A stretch of DNA of 62,179 nucleotides, the filler included, from Choristocarpus tenellus KU-1152 (taxonomy: Eukaryota; Protista; Phaeophyceae), in NCBI GenBank assembly GCA_964200185.2. It is 9 parts of 9 records of this genome, joined end to end, with 100 filler letters (N's around TTAATTAATTAA, not from the genome) between each part and the next. Parts side by side here need not be neighbours in the genome. Positions count along the whole stretch, not along the records: positions 59,623 to 62,179 come from CAXNAD020026800.1; 8 more parts are not named here. One strand, 5' to 3'. A model generated the notes under the pieces. It saw only the letters and a list, made by a program, of their open reading frames with translations, was not told the origin of the DNA and did not search any database. Each line of letters starts with the position of its first letter. Within the stretch, counting starts at the first letter, position 1. Below, one piece after another: positions 61,635 to 62,179 of this stretch. The translations under genes were made by a program, and so were the position numbers.

Positions 61635-61891
61635 GAGTGAAAGTATCTTAGAGGGTACGAGTTTTTCCCTGTTTATCCATTTGGGACTTGGCTTCCCATG
61701 TTTTTTTTTAATGGCATTTTCCTACTCCAAAATGTTTTGGAGTAGGTAAAATGTGTATGTTATTAAAAGGTTTGTCCAGAAAAAGATATTGACATTTCTA
61801 ACAAACATGATAGCCAATATTACATCAAAATTGCAACATTGGATATTGGCCCCAAATGGACGTGACTGTACCCTCTAATATACTTTGACTC
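61635..61891. mobile_element. MITE with 24-bp TIRs, bridging families 1 and 2
   Basis: GAGTGAAAGTATCTTAGAGGGTAC / GTACCCTCTAATATACTTTGACTC; TAA duplicated (61632-34, 61892-94); contains tggccccaaatggac, also found in family 1. Confidence 0.88.
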
Positions 61892-62039
61892 TAAGCCTGT
61901 TTGAACAGATTCGAAACCTGCCACATGCAAATGTCGAAACTCCTAACCAAACCCAAATAAATGGTGGAATATATTCTCATTCCTCTTGCGTACGTAAGGA
62001 CAGAAGGGAACCTAACCAAAAGTCTTCTTTTTGTTGCCC

Positions 62040-62142
62040 ACATTTCAGATCTGACACGTGCGACCAAATTACACCAAAAAGTGAAAATCGAAAAAAGGGT
62101 GAAAAACGGACGCCGGCCCCCCCCCCCCCGATACTTTGACCC
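62040..62142 (+). mobile_element. MITE family 1-type terminus
   Basis: gtgaaaatcgaaaaaagggtgaaaaa..gacgccg+poly-C+gatactttgaccc, as at 13262. Confidence 0.7.
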
Positions 62143-62179
62143 AGTGATATCCGTTGCAGGTGGATGAGTCTATTCGAAT

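Overview
This is repeat-rich, intron-rich eukaryotic nuclear DNA, most consistent with a photosynthetic, flagellated stramenopile such as a brown alga. That assignment is inferred from a plastid-type CtpA, an axonemal dynein heavy chain, TTAGGG repeats and RTE-type LINEs. The window is not one contiguous locus: eight identical 100-nt artificial spacers (N44-TTAATTAATTAA-N44) join nine contigs, so adjacency across a spacer is not evidence of linkage. Three host genes can be rebuilt by hand from splice sites: an 8-exon, 5'-truncated S41A C-terminal processing protease (CtpA-like, 39758-47355 +), four exons of a dynein heavy chain N-terminal region (32430-34689 -), and three phase-compatible exons of an unknown gene (37469-39276 +). 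Most of the rest is decayed transposable element DNA: nested Ty1/copia copies with LTRs, PPTs and a TSD, Ty3/gypsy, several LINE types, a probable DIRS relic, a Plavaka/CMC-like transposase relic beside intron-containing orphan gene relics, and two related MITE families. The three most notable observations are: (1) an AT-rich bacterial segment at 1-786, with a two-partner-secretion TpsB (ShlB/FhaC) fragment and a Shine-Dalgarno-led ORF, joined without a spacer to eukaryotic LINE DNA; (2) 7 of 15 reconstructed introns end in the normally rare AAG acceptor; (3) a possible large multi-gene DNA element at about 20.7-32 kb. I found no intact, clearly novel multi-gene system, and most ORF-track entries are noise or TE debris.
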